Source: Rhynchobatus australiae (taxonomy: Eukaryota). From it: a stretch of 64,000 nt of DNA. The stretch covers positions 56,383,706 to 56,447,705 of the forward strand of contig JAUZTB010000076.1 in assembly GCA_034780895.1 (NCBI GenBank). Direction: 5' to 3'. Shown here piece after piece: positions 13,301 to 25,539 of the stretch (the stretch's first letter is position 1; every line of letters starts with the position of its first letter). Under the pieces are notes generated by a model that saw only the letters and a program-made list of their open reading frames with translations, was not told where the DNA came from and made no database searches. The position numbers were made by a program, and so were the translations under genes.

Positions 13301-14217
13301 TTTTCTTCGAAAAAGCATATATAATCTATCAGTACAACTGGTCATAAAATGTTCTGNNNNNNNNNNNNNNNNNNNNNNNNNNNNNNNNNNNNNNNNNNNN
13401 NNNNNNNNNNNNNNNNNNNNNNNNNNNNNNNNNNNNNNNNNNNNNNNNNNNNNNNNTATATAATCTATCAGTACAACTGGTCATTAAATGTTCTGCTGAT
13501 TTGAACAGGGCTAAACATAGCAAAATAAGTGTGAATTGTTAAATTATCTGTATGATTCACAGTAGTATTGTTTGATGTTCTTTATCTACTACAGGTGTAC
13601 ACGGGACAAAAAGTTCAGAAGTAAAAACAACAGCTATTCAGACACCTGAAATACAACACTAATAGTACATTGGCCTTTTTACACTTCACTGCATTCCCTT
13701 TGGAAAATGGCCTGAAGCCTACAATTTTATCTTAATCCGTAGGGGTTTGGAGTGGACTAGTTGCATGCAACACTAGACCAATTTGTATTGCAATCAGATC
13801 CAAATGAGTGGTCTTGTTTTCCATTGCTCGAATGTTCGCTAAAACTGCTACTGGTTTCCTGGTGCAACACTTCCTGCCATTTGCAGTAGTGAACCAGATT
13901 TTTCATCCCTTTTCAGAAAGATCAATCTTTACATTATTGAAGAGTTCCATAAATAACCTTATCAACTTAAAATCAATAATAAGGATTGCCTTTATCATCC
14001 TTTCTTGATTTCTGCCTAATGATGACAACATTGCTTATGATATCATCAGAAGAGGTAACACGTAGTGCTGCTAATACCTGTTTATAGATCTATTAGCACC
14101 ATGACTTTGGGGTGCTTTGTACTTTAACAGTTTTGTTTGTTTGGCTCTAGCGTTCTGACGTTGTCATGTTCAAAAAGTCATTCTTCGTGTAAAAAGTGAG
14201 TTTTGCTGATATCATTA

Positions 14218-14415
14218 AAATAGGAAACTGCAGATGCTGGAATCTGGAACAAAAAAACAAGCTGCTGGAAACTCAGCAGATCAGGCAGCATCTGTAGAGG
14301 GAACTGGATTGGCTATCTCCCCTCTACTCCCTGTTGACCCTAAACGCTGACTGTCCATTTCTCTCTACTGATGCTGTCTGACTAGTTGAGCTCCAGTAGT
14401 TTGTTTTTTTTTGTG
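14218..14415. mobile_element. PLE-derived inverted-repeat (hairpin) element
   Basis: Left arm ctgctggaaactcagcagatcaggcagcatctgtagag and right arm ctctactgatgctgtctgactagttgagctccagtag are degenerate reverse complements. Confidence 0.8.
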
Positions 14416-15487
14416 CTTTTTACATGGTTTGAAGGTAAAAGCAAAACCTAATCTCTGGCCTTCCTTAAATTGGTTCTGAGGTATTTCTTCTTGAGGATCT
14501 CTGGGTTTGTGGGATATCTAGTGTAATTTGGAAAACACAGCACTCAGCATTTCGATTTCTACTGAATTCTCAATCTGGCAATTGTACTATGGTTTCCTGT
14601 TCCTAGGAAAACCTCATTATGAGTTCTTTTGCATTGATCAGATTTATTTTGGGGTTTTCATTCCACTGTATGACATAGGAATATTGTGATTAAATTGAAG
14701 ATGAGATAATATAATTTGCACCAATTCCGATATGCATTAAAGCACCAGCTGCAGAGGAGTTATCTTCCAAGTGTATAACTGCTGTCACATATTTCTGATG
14801 ATAATTAAGTACTTTCACTATTATCTGCACAACCTTCCTATTCATTGGGGGGGTTATAGTGAGGATAACTATTCCAGACCACTATACTTGCGTAGAGAAG
14901 TTGACCATGACACAAAAAGTCCCAGATGTGTGAATTGTACCAGGTGATCATGTGGGACTGTTTGCACCCTNNNNNNNNNNNNNNNNNNNNNNNNNNNNNN
15001 NNNNNNNNNNNNNNNNNNNNNNNNNNNNNNNNNNNNNNNNNNNNNNNNNNNNNNNNNNNNNNNNNNNNNNTGCACCCTTGAATGTACTATGATTAATACT
15101 TTGTATTGCAATGTAAAATGTCTTGGGATAGAAATTTATCCTTCATTGCTAATGCTAAGAATACTATGCGTTGTACTCCACTTCTGAAATTTGGTTCCAT
15201 GGGAGAAGGCTACATTCTCACTCGCTAATATACTATATGTTAGTACAAGCAACCAAGGAAGAATTCTTACAGGTTTTGATTTGATATAACAGAATCTGGA
15301 GGGTCAAGTATTGCTATAAGTAAATAAGTGATTTAGAAATGGTGGTTAGCTTACATTAATAGTTCTCAAGATGAACTTTTAAATGGCTCCTTTCAAAGTA
15401 ATATGACTGAAATATGTTAGTGCATTTGTAGCCAAACAAGTAATATTGCAATGTTCAGCTAATGCATCAAGATGCAATGTGCAGATT

Positions 15488-15890
15488 ATAGACAATTGGT
15501 AATTAGTTTATTATTGTCACGTATACCAAAATACAGTGAAAAGTTTTTGTTTGCATGCCATCCTGACAGATTATTCCATACATAAGTATGTTGAGGTAGT
15601 ACAAAAGGAAANNNNNNNNNNGAATATAGTGTTAGAGTTACAGAGAAAGTGGAGTGCAGGTAGACAAAGTGCAAGGGCCATGGTGAGGTAGCTTAAGAGA
15701 TCATGAGTTCATCTTTAGCATATAAGAAGTCCTTCAAGAATCTGATAACAGCTAGATAGAAGCTGTCCTTGAGCCTGATGGTATGTGTTCTCAAGTTTTT
15801 ACATCTGCCCAGTGGGAGGGGGGAGAAGAGAGAATAACTGAGGTGGGAAGGGGGTTTGTGATCATGTTGGCTGCTTTCCTGAGGCAGCAA
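15488..15890 (-). mobile_element. Rex1/Babar-type LINE 3' fragment
   Basis: ORF 15693-15890 peptide PSHLSYSLFSPLPLGRCKNLRTHTIRLKDSFYLAVIRFL resembles the Rex1 C-terminus (PSHP..LF.LLPSGRRYRS..TRT.RLKDSFYP.AIRLLN). Minus-strand 3' tail aataaactaattaccaat. Confidence 0.8.
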
Positions 15891-17135
15891 AGATCATATG
15901 CTTAGTGCTTAGCAATACTGTAACTCAAAAAATCTTAATTGCTTTACTCCAAAAGCAAAGGAGAATGCAACTTTCTTATTATTATATATTTATGTGATGT
16001 GTCAATCATATCTATGCCCAGCATTTATTGTCTATCCCTATTACTTGCCACATTGAACAGTTACAGTCCATCTAATAAATTTTCTCCCACAGTACTATTA
16101 ATTGGGACTTTTTGTTTTTAGACCTAACAAAGATAAGTACTGCTCAGTACAGTGTTCAACACCACTTGCTATTCTTTGCTAATGTAGCAGCCTGACACAA
16201 TCTATAACAAAACTTAGAAAGCAAACTTGTGCTAAATGGTGGCATAATGACCATTCCACACAAAATAAACTCAGTTACCTTCCCCTAACCCTCAATGGCC
16301 ATACTGTGGACAAATTTGTTGTCATCAATTCCTGAAGGTCATAATGCCCAGATGTTAACTAACTCAGTATCTGGGGCATAAGAAGTTTGATTCACCACTG
16401 CTGCTACCACTGAACTCAATATCTACCCCTTCTATTACTAACACAGCACCTGTGTTGTGGCAACTTATTAAGCTTGCTTCAACAGTGTCATTCTGCCCTC
16501 GAGAGGGTGCCTGAGAATGCTACAGTCAGCAGTCTCGTGGAGCACGAACTCTCAAGTTGATTGGAGCTTTCTGATTTGTGCATCAACTATTAGTTTTTCA
16601 TGGTCCTATGAATGAACTGAAATTCCTTGCCTATAATGAAAGCACCAACGGCACTAGGATATCAAATCGCCATCTATTGTAGCCATGCAAGGAAGTGGCA
16701 AAGTGCCAACATTGCAAGGAAAGTGGGACAATGACTGCAGCCTTGTCAGGTTTATTCAAATAAAAATCATAATTTTGCAGTGTCTTTTTTAAAAGAAAAT
16801 TGCACATATTGCTTGCTTTTATTACTGATTTACTTGAAGTTACAGATTCAGGTATAATTGCAAAAACCACNNNNNNNNNNNNNNNNNNNNNNNNNNNNNN
16901 NNNNNNNNNNNNNNNNNNNNNNNNNNNNNNNNNNNNNNNNNNNNNNNNNNNNNNNNNNNNNNNNNNNNNNCAAGCCTCTCCTGTCCTTTCAAGGATGACA
17001 AAGCTTTGCAAGTTTTTTAATGTTGGAAGAGGATGCCAGGTGTTGTTCAAAGAAGAACTTTGGTGTACCGTTCATCGATCTTTTATCACTCCTTCTGTCA
17101 GCCACCATTCCAGAATCTAAAGCCATGGCTCATAC

Positions 17136-17222
17136 AAACAGAAAATGTGGAAACACTTAGCAGGTCAGGCAGCATTTGTAGAAAGAGAATATAGTTAACA
17201 TTTCACATTGAAGTCACTTCAC
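17136..17222 (-). mobile_element. PLE terminal arm, cut off at the 3' end of the CR1
   Basis: gaaacacttagcaggtcaggcagcatttgtagaaagagaatatagttaacatttca matches the other PLE arms. Confidence 0.7.
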
Positions 17223-18390
17223 CATAAGAGCATAAGAAATATGAGCAGAATTAGGCCATCTGGCCCATTGAACCTGCTCTGCCATTCAATAAGATCCTGG
17301 CTGACCTGGTCATGTACGCAGATCCACCTACCTGCCTTTTCCCCATAAGCTTGAGGCTATGTCCCCTAGCTCTAGTCTCACCTACCAGTGAAAACAACTT
17401 TCCTGCTTCTGTCATATCTATCCCTTTCATAATTTCATGTTTCTATAAAAATCCCCTCTCATTCTTCTGAATTCCAGCGAGTATTGTCCCAGGCGACTTG
17501 ACCTCTACTCACAAACTAACCCCCTCATCTCTGCAGTCAACCTGGTGAACCTCCTCTGCACCACCTCCGAAGCTAGTACATCCTTCCTCAAGTAAGAAGC
17601 CCAGAACTGCACTCAGTACTCTAGGTGTGGCCTCACCAGTAACCTCTACTGTTGCAGCATAACCTTCCTGCTCTTAAATTCAATCCCTCTTGCAATGAAG
17701 GCCAACATTCCTTCTGCTTTCTTGATATAACCTGTTGTATCTGCAAACCAACCTTTTGCAATTCATGCACAATCACTCTCAAGTCTCTCTGCACAACAGC
17801 ATGCTGCAATTTTTCACCATTTAAATAATAATCTGATCTTCTATTTTTTTCCTACTAAAGTGAATGACCTTGCAGTTACCAACATTGTACTCCATCTGCC
17901 AGACCCTTGCCCACTCACTTAACCTATTTATATCTCTCTGCAGGCTCTCCACATCCTCTGCAGAATGTGCTTTTCTACTCAATTTACTGTCATCAGCAAA
18001 CTTTGATACGCTACACTTGGTCCCCTCTTCCAAATTGTTAATGCATGTGGTGAACATTTGCAGGCCCAGCACCGACCCCCGTGGCACCCTGCTCAACACC
18101 AGAAAAACACCCATTTATCCCAAATCTCTGCCTTCTATTGGTTAACCAAACCTGTATCCATGCTAATACATTACCTCCAACTCCATGCGTCCTTATCTTA
18201 TAGATAAGTCTTCTATGTGGCACCTTTATTGAATGTCTTCTGGAAATCCAAGTATACAACATCCAACTGTTCCCCTCTATCTACTGCACTCATTATATCC
18301 TCAAAGAACTCCAGTAAGTTTGTCAAACGTGACCTGCCCTTCCTGAATTCATGCTGTGTATGCCTGTTGGAACCACTTCTATCTAACTGT

Positions 18391-18768
18391 CTTTTTCTTT
18401 TTCAGTCTTTTTTATTAGTTTTCAAATCAATACAAATTAATATATAGCATCAGTGTTCGTACATGTATTACAAAGAGATCAGGATAACACTCATGGCACA
18501 GATAATCATCCAGAACAATAAAATATAAAAAACAATCTGTAGATCCCATGATCTCTTAGTTAATGAATATAATATAAAAGAAAGGAAAGAAAAGGATTTA
18601 TTATAGAAATTTTAAAAAAGTAAAAGAAAAAAAACCCAAATCAATAAGAAAAATTATAAACCATATAAACTAAACTAAGCAGAAAATTTTCAAAAAAAAC
18701 CAAAAAAAAACTGGGCTAAAATTTCTCAGTAGAAACAGAGCAATATTATGTCATCAACTCTGTTCCTC
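18391..18768 (-). mobile_element. AT-rich 3' end of an L1/Tx1-like LINE inserted into the CR1 RT region (5' part lost in gap)
   Basis: Interrupts CR1 coding sequence. The minus strand is very T-rich and ends in aataaa plus an A-rich tail (actaataaaaaagactgaaaaagaaaaag). CR1 resumes at about 18869. Family assignment rests on composition only. Confidence 0.5.
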
Positions 18769-19555
18769 NNNNNNNNNNNNNNNNNNNNNNNNNNNNNNNN
18801 NNNNNNNNNNNNNNNNNNNNNNNNNNNNNNNNNNNNNNNNNNNNNNNNNNNNNNNNNNNNNNNNNNNNTCTAGATATCTTGCTATTTCTTCCTTAATGAG
18901 AGCTTCAAGCATATTCCTGACTACAGACATTAAGCTAACTGGCCTATAGTTATCTGCCTATTGCCCACATCCTTTTTTAAATAGTGGCGAGACATTCGCT
19001 GTCTTCCAATCTGCTGGGATCTGCCAGGGTCCAGAGAATTTTGGTAAATTATCAAAAACACCTCTGCTATAACATCTGCCATTTCTTTCCGTACCCTGGG
19101 ATGCATCCCGTCAAGACCAGGGGACTTGTCTACCTTTAGGCCTCCTAGTCTGCTCATCACTACATCTTTAGCGACAGTGATTGTATTGAAGTCCTCACTT
19201 CCCATTCTATCCATAACATTTTTCTTTGGCATGTTAGACATGACCTCCACTGTGAAGACAGACACAAAATAGTTGTTCAAGTTCTCGGCCATTTCCACAT
19301 TACCCAATATTAATTCTCCCTTCTTGTCTTCCAAGGAACTCATGTTCATTTTAGCCACCCTTTTCAGCTTTGTATAATTATAAAAACTTTTACTATCTGT
19401 TTTTATATTTTGTGCTCATTTACTTTCACAAAGTATCTTCCCTTTCCTTATTGCTTACTTAGTGGTTCTTTGTTGCTTTTTAAAGTTTTCCTAATTTTCC
19501 AGTTTCCCACTATTCATAGTGACTTTGTATGCATGAGCTTGCAGCTTGATGCCTT

Positions 19556-19691
19556 TTTACTTAACTTTATTTACAGCACAGTTACAGGCCCTTCTGGCCC
19601 AATGAGTCCACGTCACCCATTTAAACCCATGTTGACCTACCTGTACGTCTTTGGAATGTGGGAGGAAACTGGGGCACCAAGAGGAAACCCA
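19556..19691 (-). mobile_element. 5'-truncated V-SINE (HE1-like) nested in CR1 ORF2
   Basis: tgtgggaggaaactggggcaccaagaggaaaccc is the reverse complement of the V-domain. Tail homologous to the 21440 copy. Possible short cctttt(t)a target duplication. Confidence 0.85.
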
Positions 19692-20737
19692 CCTTTTATT
19701 TCCTTAGTTATCCAAGGCTGACTCTCCCCATCCTTACTGTCCTTGCTTTTAACTGGAACATACTTTTGTTGAGCACTGTGAAAAATCTCTTTGAAAATCT
19801 TTCTCTGTTCCTCAACTGTCTCACCATTATAGCCTCTGTTTCCATGCTAGCCAACTTCTCCCTCATCTTGTTGTAGTCTCCCTTGTTTAGGTATAATACA
19901 CTGGTTTTAGATTGAACTATTGCATCCTCCATTTGTTTTGAGAAATTTCATCATATTATGCTCAGTCTTTCCAAGAGGATCCCTATCTACAAGATTGTTA
20001 ATTTTACCTGTCTCATTGAACAGGACCAGATCTAAGGTACCATTTTCCCTTATAGGTTCACTAACATGCTCTTCAAGAAAGCTATTACTGATGCATTCTA
20101 TAAAGTCCTCCTCAAGACTGCCTTGGCCAACTTGATTCACCCAATCTATGTGGAAGTTAAAGTCCCCCATGAAAACTGCCATTCATTCCTACATGCATCA
20201 AATATTTCTTAGTTTACTGCCTGTGCCACTGTAATGTCATTATTCGGTGACCTATGGGCAACTCCCACCAGTGACTCTTTCCCTTTACTATTCCTAATCT
20301 CTACCCAGATGGACTCAACATTCTGCTCCTTAGATCTTGTATAAGATAGCGAGAGGCGGTATATCGCCCTGATCTCATTTCTTAACTAAGAGCGCTACCC
20401 CACCTCCCTTACCTTCTTGCCTATCCTTCTGTATGATCTGATACTCTTGGATATTTAATTCCCACTCATCTCCACCCTGGAACCACATTTTTGTAATGGC
20501 CACTAAATCGTACCCCTTTGTACTGATCTGTGCTACTAGTTCACTGACCTTGTTTTGAATACTGTGGGCATTCAGATAAAGTGCCCTTACACTTATTGTC
20601 CTTTCAGAATCTCGTAACCTTTGTGTCCTTTGCATTTGATTTTTCTGTACTCCACTTTTCTCTTTTCTAACTTTTGCTCTGTCTCTGCTTTGCTTCCCTT
20701 TGTCTTTCTGCATGGATTCCCATCCCCCTGCCATAGT

Positions 20738-21918
20738 TTAAACCCTCCCCAACAGCACTAGCAAACAATACCCCAGGACATTGCTCCCAGTCCTGCCCAG
20801 GTGTAGCCTGTCTGGTTTGTACTGGTCCCACCTCCCCCAGAACCAGCTCCATTGCCCCAGGAATCTGAAACCTTCCCTCCTGCACCACTGCTCAAGCCAC
20901 ATATTCATCCTAACTATGCTGCTATTCCTACTGTGACTAGCACGTGGCACAGGTAGTAATCCTGAGATTATGACCTTTGAGGTCCTTTTTAATCTATCTC
21001 CTAGCTCCCTAAATTTGGCTTCTAGGAACTCATCCCACTTTTTTCCTATATTGTTGGTACCTACATGCACCATGACAACTTGCTGTTCATCCTCCCCTTC
21101 CAGAAAGTCCTGCAGCAGCTCTGAGACATCCCTGACCCTTGCACCCGGGAGGCAACACACCAACCAGGAGTCCCATTTACGGCCACAGAAACTCCTGTCT
21201 ATTCCCCTGACCATGGAATCTCCTACCACTATAGCTCTGCTGCTCTTTATCCTGTCCTCCTGTGCAGCAGAGCCACTCACAGTGCCAGGATTCTGGCTAC
21301 TGCTGCCTTCTCCTGATGAGCTATCTCCCCCAACAGTATCCAAAGTGATATATCTGTTTTGGAGGGAGATGATCACAGAGGACTCCTGCACTACCTTCCT
21401 GCTACTGCTCTGCCTGTTGGTCACCCAATTCAAATTTTTAAATTGATTTTTAAATTTTTTTTAAATTTTATTTACAGCGTAGTAACAGGCCCCTTCCAGC
21501 CCAACGAGTCCACACTGCCCATTTTAAACTCTGTATTAACCTACCTGTACATCTTTAGAATGTGGGAGGAAACCGGAGCACCCGGAGGAAACCCACGCAG
21601 ACATGGGGAGAATGTACAAACTCCTTACAGNNNNNNNNNNNNNNNNNNNNNNNNNNNNNNNNNNNNNNNNNNNNNNNNNNNNNNNNNNNNNNNNNNNNNN
21701 NNNNNNNNNNNNNNNNNNNNNNNNNNNNNNACAACATTCTCAGCATTGTGGATGCTCCAAAGTGAATCCATGCACAGCTCCAGCACTGTTATGTGGTCTG
21801 TCAAGAGCTGCAGCTGGACACACTTCCAGTGCACGTAGTCATCAGGGACACTGGCAGCCTCCATGAGTCCCTACATTGCACAGGAGGAGCATGACATGGG
21901 TCTGAGCTCACCTGTCAT
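20738..21918 (-). pseudogene. CR1 ORF1 remnant (SGNH/GDSL esterase type), split by a SINE and a gap
   Basis: ORF 20738-21433 carries the GDS, PGA and GTN esterase blocks. The N-terminal Cys-containing segment is at 21731-21918. Confidence 0.85.
21430..21630 (-). mobile_element. V-SINE (HE1-like) nested in CR1 ORF1; head lies in the N gap
   Basis: Reverse complement ggagtttgtacattctccccatgtctgcgtgggtttcctccgggtgctccggtttcctcccaca is a canonical V-domain; A-rich tail. Confidence 0.9.
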
Positions 21919-22904
21919 GACTGAAAAGCTTTGAGTGAAAATAGAGATGAAAAAAAAGACTAAGAAGCTACCCTCTCCTTACCTTAGTGTTGCTCGCCCT
22001 CCTCACTGAAGCCTGGTATTCACCAAAGCCCACACTTAGACAACCAGCAGCACTTTGACGAGATAGCAGAACTCCTTTCGGTGAATAACCCTTGGTCCGC
22101 TGAGGGGTGCAACAATACATTTAATTCCTGTAGCAGATTAGCCTTTTTTCTTACAGATTCCACAAATAGTCTTGGTCAGATAAGAAGAAAAAGCCCTTGT
22201 GTTCAGTGAGCTTTCTTATTTATGGGTTCTGTACTTTCCCTTGTTATCAAGGATGTCAAAAAATCTCTTGATCACTCGACAGTTAAGAACTTTAAGTAAT
22301 CATAGCATGTTAGAACATGAATATTCAAAGATAATATTTGATACATATGCTGAGTATGCATCTGATTTGGATTTTTTTTTGTCTTTGTTTCTACCAAGAC
22401 ATTGATGAGATTTGGAACCAAATGGTCCCAAACAGTATCAGTGAGCAGGTTTTGGTAAGTGTCTCTTTATTGCCCCCTCAACAGTATCTTCTATCAGTCA
22501 GTTGATGTTTGATGACTAATTGCCAGGTTGGAGTTGTCCATTTTGTGGAGAAGACATATCAAGGTAATTTTGCGCTTTGTAATGTAGGTGCCTGTGCTGT
22601 GAATGTGCTGGAACAACTTGCATTTCTTCACACACAGTATGGACAGTACCAGTTTGTCTCAATACATCTTCATTTTGTTGAATGACAACTAAGGGTAGAA
22701 AGATTGGATTAATTATTTATTGAAGCTGTGCTTTGTTGAAATTTTATGAGACAGCTTATTCTTAGTGAAGCTTTGCAGGTCATGAGTGCACACTAGGAAA
22801 TGGTGGGGAGATGTCTAAAAATTACTTCAGTGTGTCTGTAAGTGGAAATATACAGTTAGGACAAAACACTGCACTAAATGCAAAGTAATGTTAGAAATCT
22901 AATT

Positions 22905-22996
22905 AAAACACCACATTCTGCATTCTATTATTGTTTTTCCTGATGTGCTACCTTGATGTACCTATGTTTGGAATGATCTGTCTAGATGGCATGCAN
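22905..22996 (+). mobile_element. Rex1/Babar-like 3'UTR fragment running into a gap
   Basis: ctaccttgatgtacctatgtttggaatgatctgtctagatggcatgca is homologous (reverse complement) to 15550-15600. Confidence 0.6.
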
Positions 22997-25539
22997 NNNN
23001 NNNNNNNNNNNNNNNNNNNNNNNNNNNNNNNNNNNNNNNNNNNNNNNNNNNNNNNNNNNNNNNNNNNNNNNNNNNNNNNNNNNNNNNNNNNNNNNNNNNN
23101 NNNNNNNNNNNNNNNNNNNNNNNNNNNNNNNNNNNNNNNNNNNNNNNNNNNNNNNNNNNNNNNNNNNNNNNNNNNNNNNNNNNNNNNNNNNNNNNNNNNN
23201 NNNNNNNNNNNNNNNNNNNNNNNNNNNNNNNNNNNNNNNNNNNNNNNNNNNNNNNNNNNNNNNNNNNNNNNNNNNNNNNNNNNNNNNNNNNNNNNNNNNN
23301 NNNNNNNNNNNNNNNNNNNNNNNNNNNNNNNNNNNNNNNNNNNNNNNNNNNNNNNNNNNNNNNNNNNNNNNNNNNNNNNNNNNNNNNNNNNNNNNNNNNN
23401 NNNNNNNNNNNNNNNNNNNNNNNNNNNNNNNNNNNNNNNNNNNNNNNNNNNNNNNNNNNNNNNNNNNNNNNNNNNNNNNNNNNNNNNNNNNNNNNNNNNN
23501 NNNNNNNNNNNNNNNNNNNNNNNNNNNNNNNNNNNNNNNNNNNNNNNNNNNNNNNNNNNNNNNNNNNNNNNNNNNNNNNNNNNNNNTTATTATTGAAATA
23601 ACATGATCCATATGCTGCTCTTTCCATGACTCCTGTGTTTGCTAATTATAATTGCTACAGTCAGAGCGAGCAGGGGAGTTAGTGAGGCAGTCTATTGGAT
23701 TGAAATTCATAACTTAATTGAGGTCAGAGTCCAGAGCTCAGAGAACAAAAGTCTTAGCAGGGACAGGTCTGATCAATAGTAATAAATATCTGGCTAAGCT
23801 ACAAGCAGTTTATTGTGAGGGATTAGCACGGTCTGTGGAGATTGAGAAACACTGGGACTGGGAACTAACTGAGCTGCCAGACATTCATTAGCATGATTGG
23901 TGGGATCCTTGCAATCTTTCAGTTGCTCTGCTGGGAGATGAACTAATAACAAACTAAGCATAACTGGAACACCACCATGAAGGCCATTCATCTTGTTTCT
24001 TTCATGGCATTTTTCTGTTAGTGTATATCATACGTGCGTGAGAAAAAAACACATTTCTTGTTCCATTCCATGCTATTCCCACTGCTCCGTGCACTAAAAA
24101 TATCTTCATTGTTCATGACTTTAGTAACCCATTTGAGCGCCTGCTTGCTGCATTCGAACAAAAGCAGACTTTGGGAAGCATGAAATGTCCACTAACAGAA
24201 AGCTGTAGAACATTTCTAGGTGTTCTGCCCTGAGCAGCAGCTCTCAGCTGAAATCTGTAGTGGGGTATACATCCCATTTATAAAACTTTGGCTTCATGCT
24301 TCCATATAATTTCCATTCCAAAGGCACATGGACTACTTCCAGTCTTATGGTGCTAGTCCTGTTCTATAGCAGGTAAGGTCTGACAAAACTCTTCATCAGA
24401 CAGTAATTGAATTTGATTTTAAACCATTAAAAAAGATTGTTTTCATGAATATGAGTGCTTCAATCACTTTTACTACTCAATAATGTAACTCCTTGTTATA
24501 ATGATCACATTTCTACCAAGTGTTGTGCTACCTCCTATATTTATCTAAGTAGTGCATTGCCTGGGGAACGTCAGTAATTTCAGCTGTGCAGCAGAGCACA
24601 GTTAAAGATTGATCTTGCCCATGACTTTGTGTATACATATGTAGGAGAACTGTTTCTCACACACTATGGAGCTCAAGNNNNNTAGCCTTAACTATTTTGA
24701 CAAATAAATCGTGTTTGAAATGCTGGCAGTTTTCTCCCCCATGACCTGGCGCTTGTAATGTAGTAATACTGCAATTGATTTGTTGACTTCACACCTGCTT
24801 GTAACATATGGGCTCTTTTAATCATTTTCAAGGCTACAAAAAGCCTGGAAAGAAAACCAAGTTAGCAGGAAGGACAAAAATAAGGCCTAAGTACCCATGG
24901 GCACAACTGTCTAACCAAGTTGTAATTGTTTTTTTTATTGTTGGTTAGACGACAAAATAAGAAAATAAAACAAAATGCTTGATAGTAGCTGTGTATAAAC
25001 CCACAGCATTTATTAATGTTAAATATGTTTTCTAATGAATGAGATTGCAAGTTTAATCTTCATAACTTATTAGCCAAACTTTTTGATGCATCTCAACTAT
25101 GCTGACCTTGGAAGATCTTAGCCAGAGATTCATAACACTCCCTAACACTCCTTCAACAGAGCTAGTTGTATGGTAGTGGTGCCTTGCGATGATGTCTCAT
25201 TCCATCTGTGAGCAGATCATTCAACCTCTGTGCTCTGGAGCTTACCTTTTGCTGCCTAATATCAAGCAATAGTAAGACTGGGGTTACGCTGGCACTGAAA
25301 TGTCTTGTCTTGTTTGCATTATTCTTTATTTATCAATTGTGGAGTATAAAACACTTCATTGAGGCAAGTCAGTGCCTCAGTAAAACAACCTATTGTATTT
25401 TCCATGATGTATATGAATGAACACAATGTACTTTCCACAGTTGGCCTCCTTAATTTTCTTAGTTATGAAAAATAATAAAGGTCCTTCTTCAATGCCTCCC
25501 TCTTTTAGCTATTTAAAAGCACATTGGGATAGATTGTCC

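Larger units (their letters stand above)
17223..22060 (-). mobile_element. Near-full-length decayed CR1 LINE (5'UTR, ORF1 zinc-finger/coiled-coil plus SGNH esterase, ORF2 APE endonuclease plus RT, 3' tail)
   Basis: ORF1 ATG at 21918 (MTGELRPMSCSSCAM..DDYVHWKCVQLQLL). Esterase motifs IVVGDSMVR, LPGARVRD, VHVGTNNI. EN motifs LYLNAHSIQNK, GGGVALLVK, MGDFN, LDLV. RT motifs KSPGLDGMHPRV, VPRGSVLG, KFADD. 3' end tcttatgctcttatg. Many frameshifts; the 5' boundary is approximate. Confidence 0.92.

Noticed and set aside
20738-21433. 231-aa ORF with SGNH hydrolase motifs as a host or horizontally acquired esterase
   Set aside because: It sits directly upstream of CR1 ORF2 in the same orientation; an esterase ORF1 is a known CR1 feature, and this copy is disrupted.
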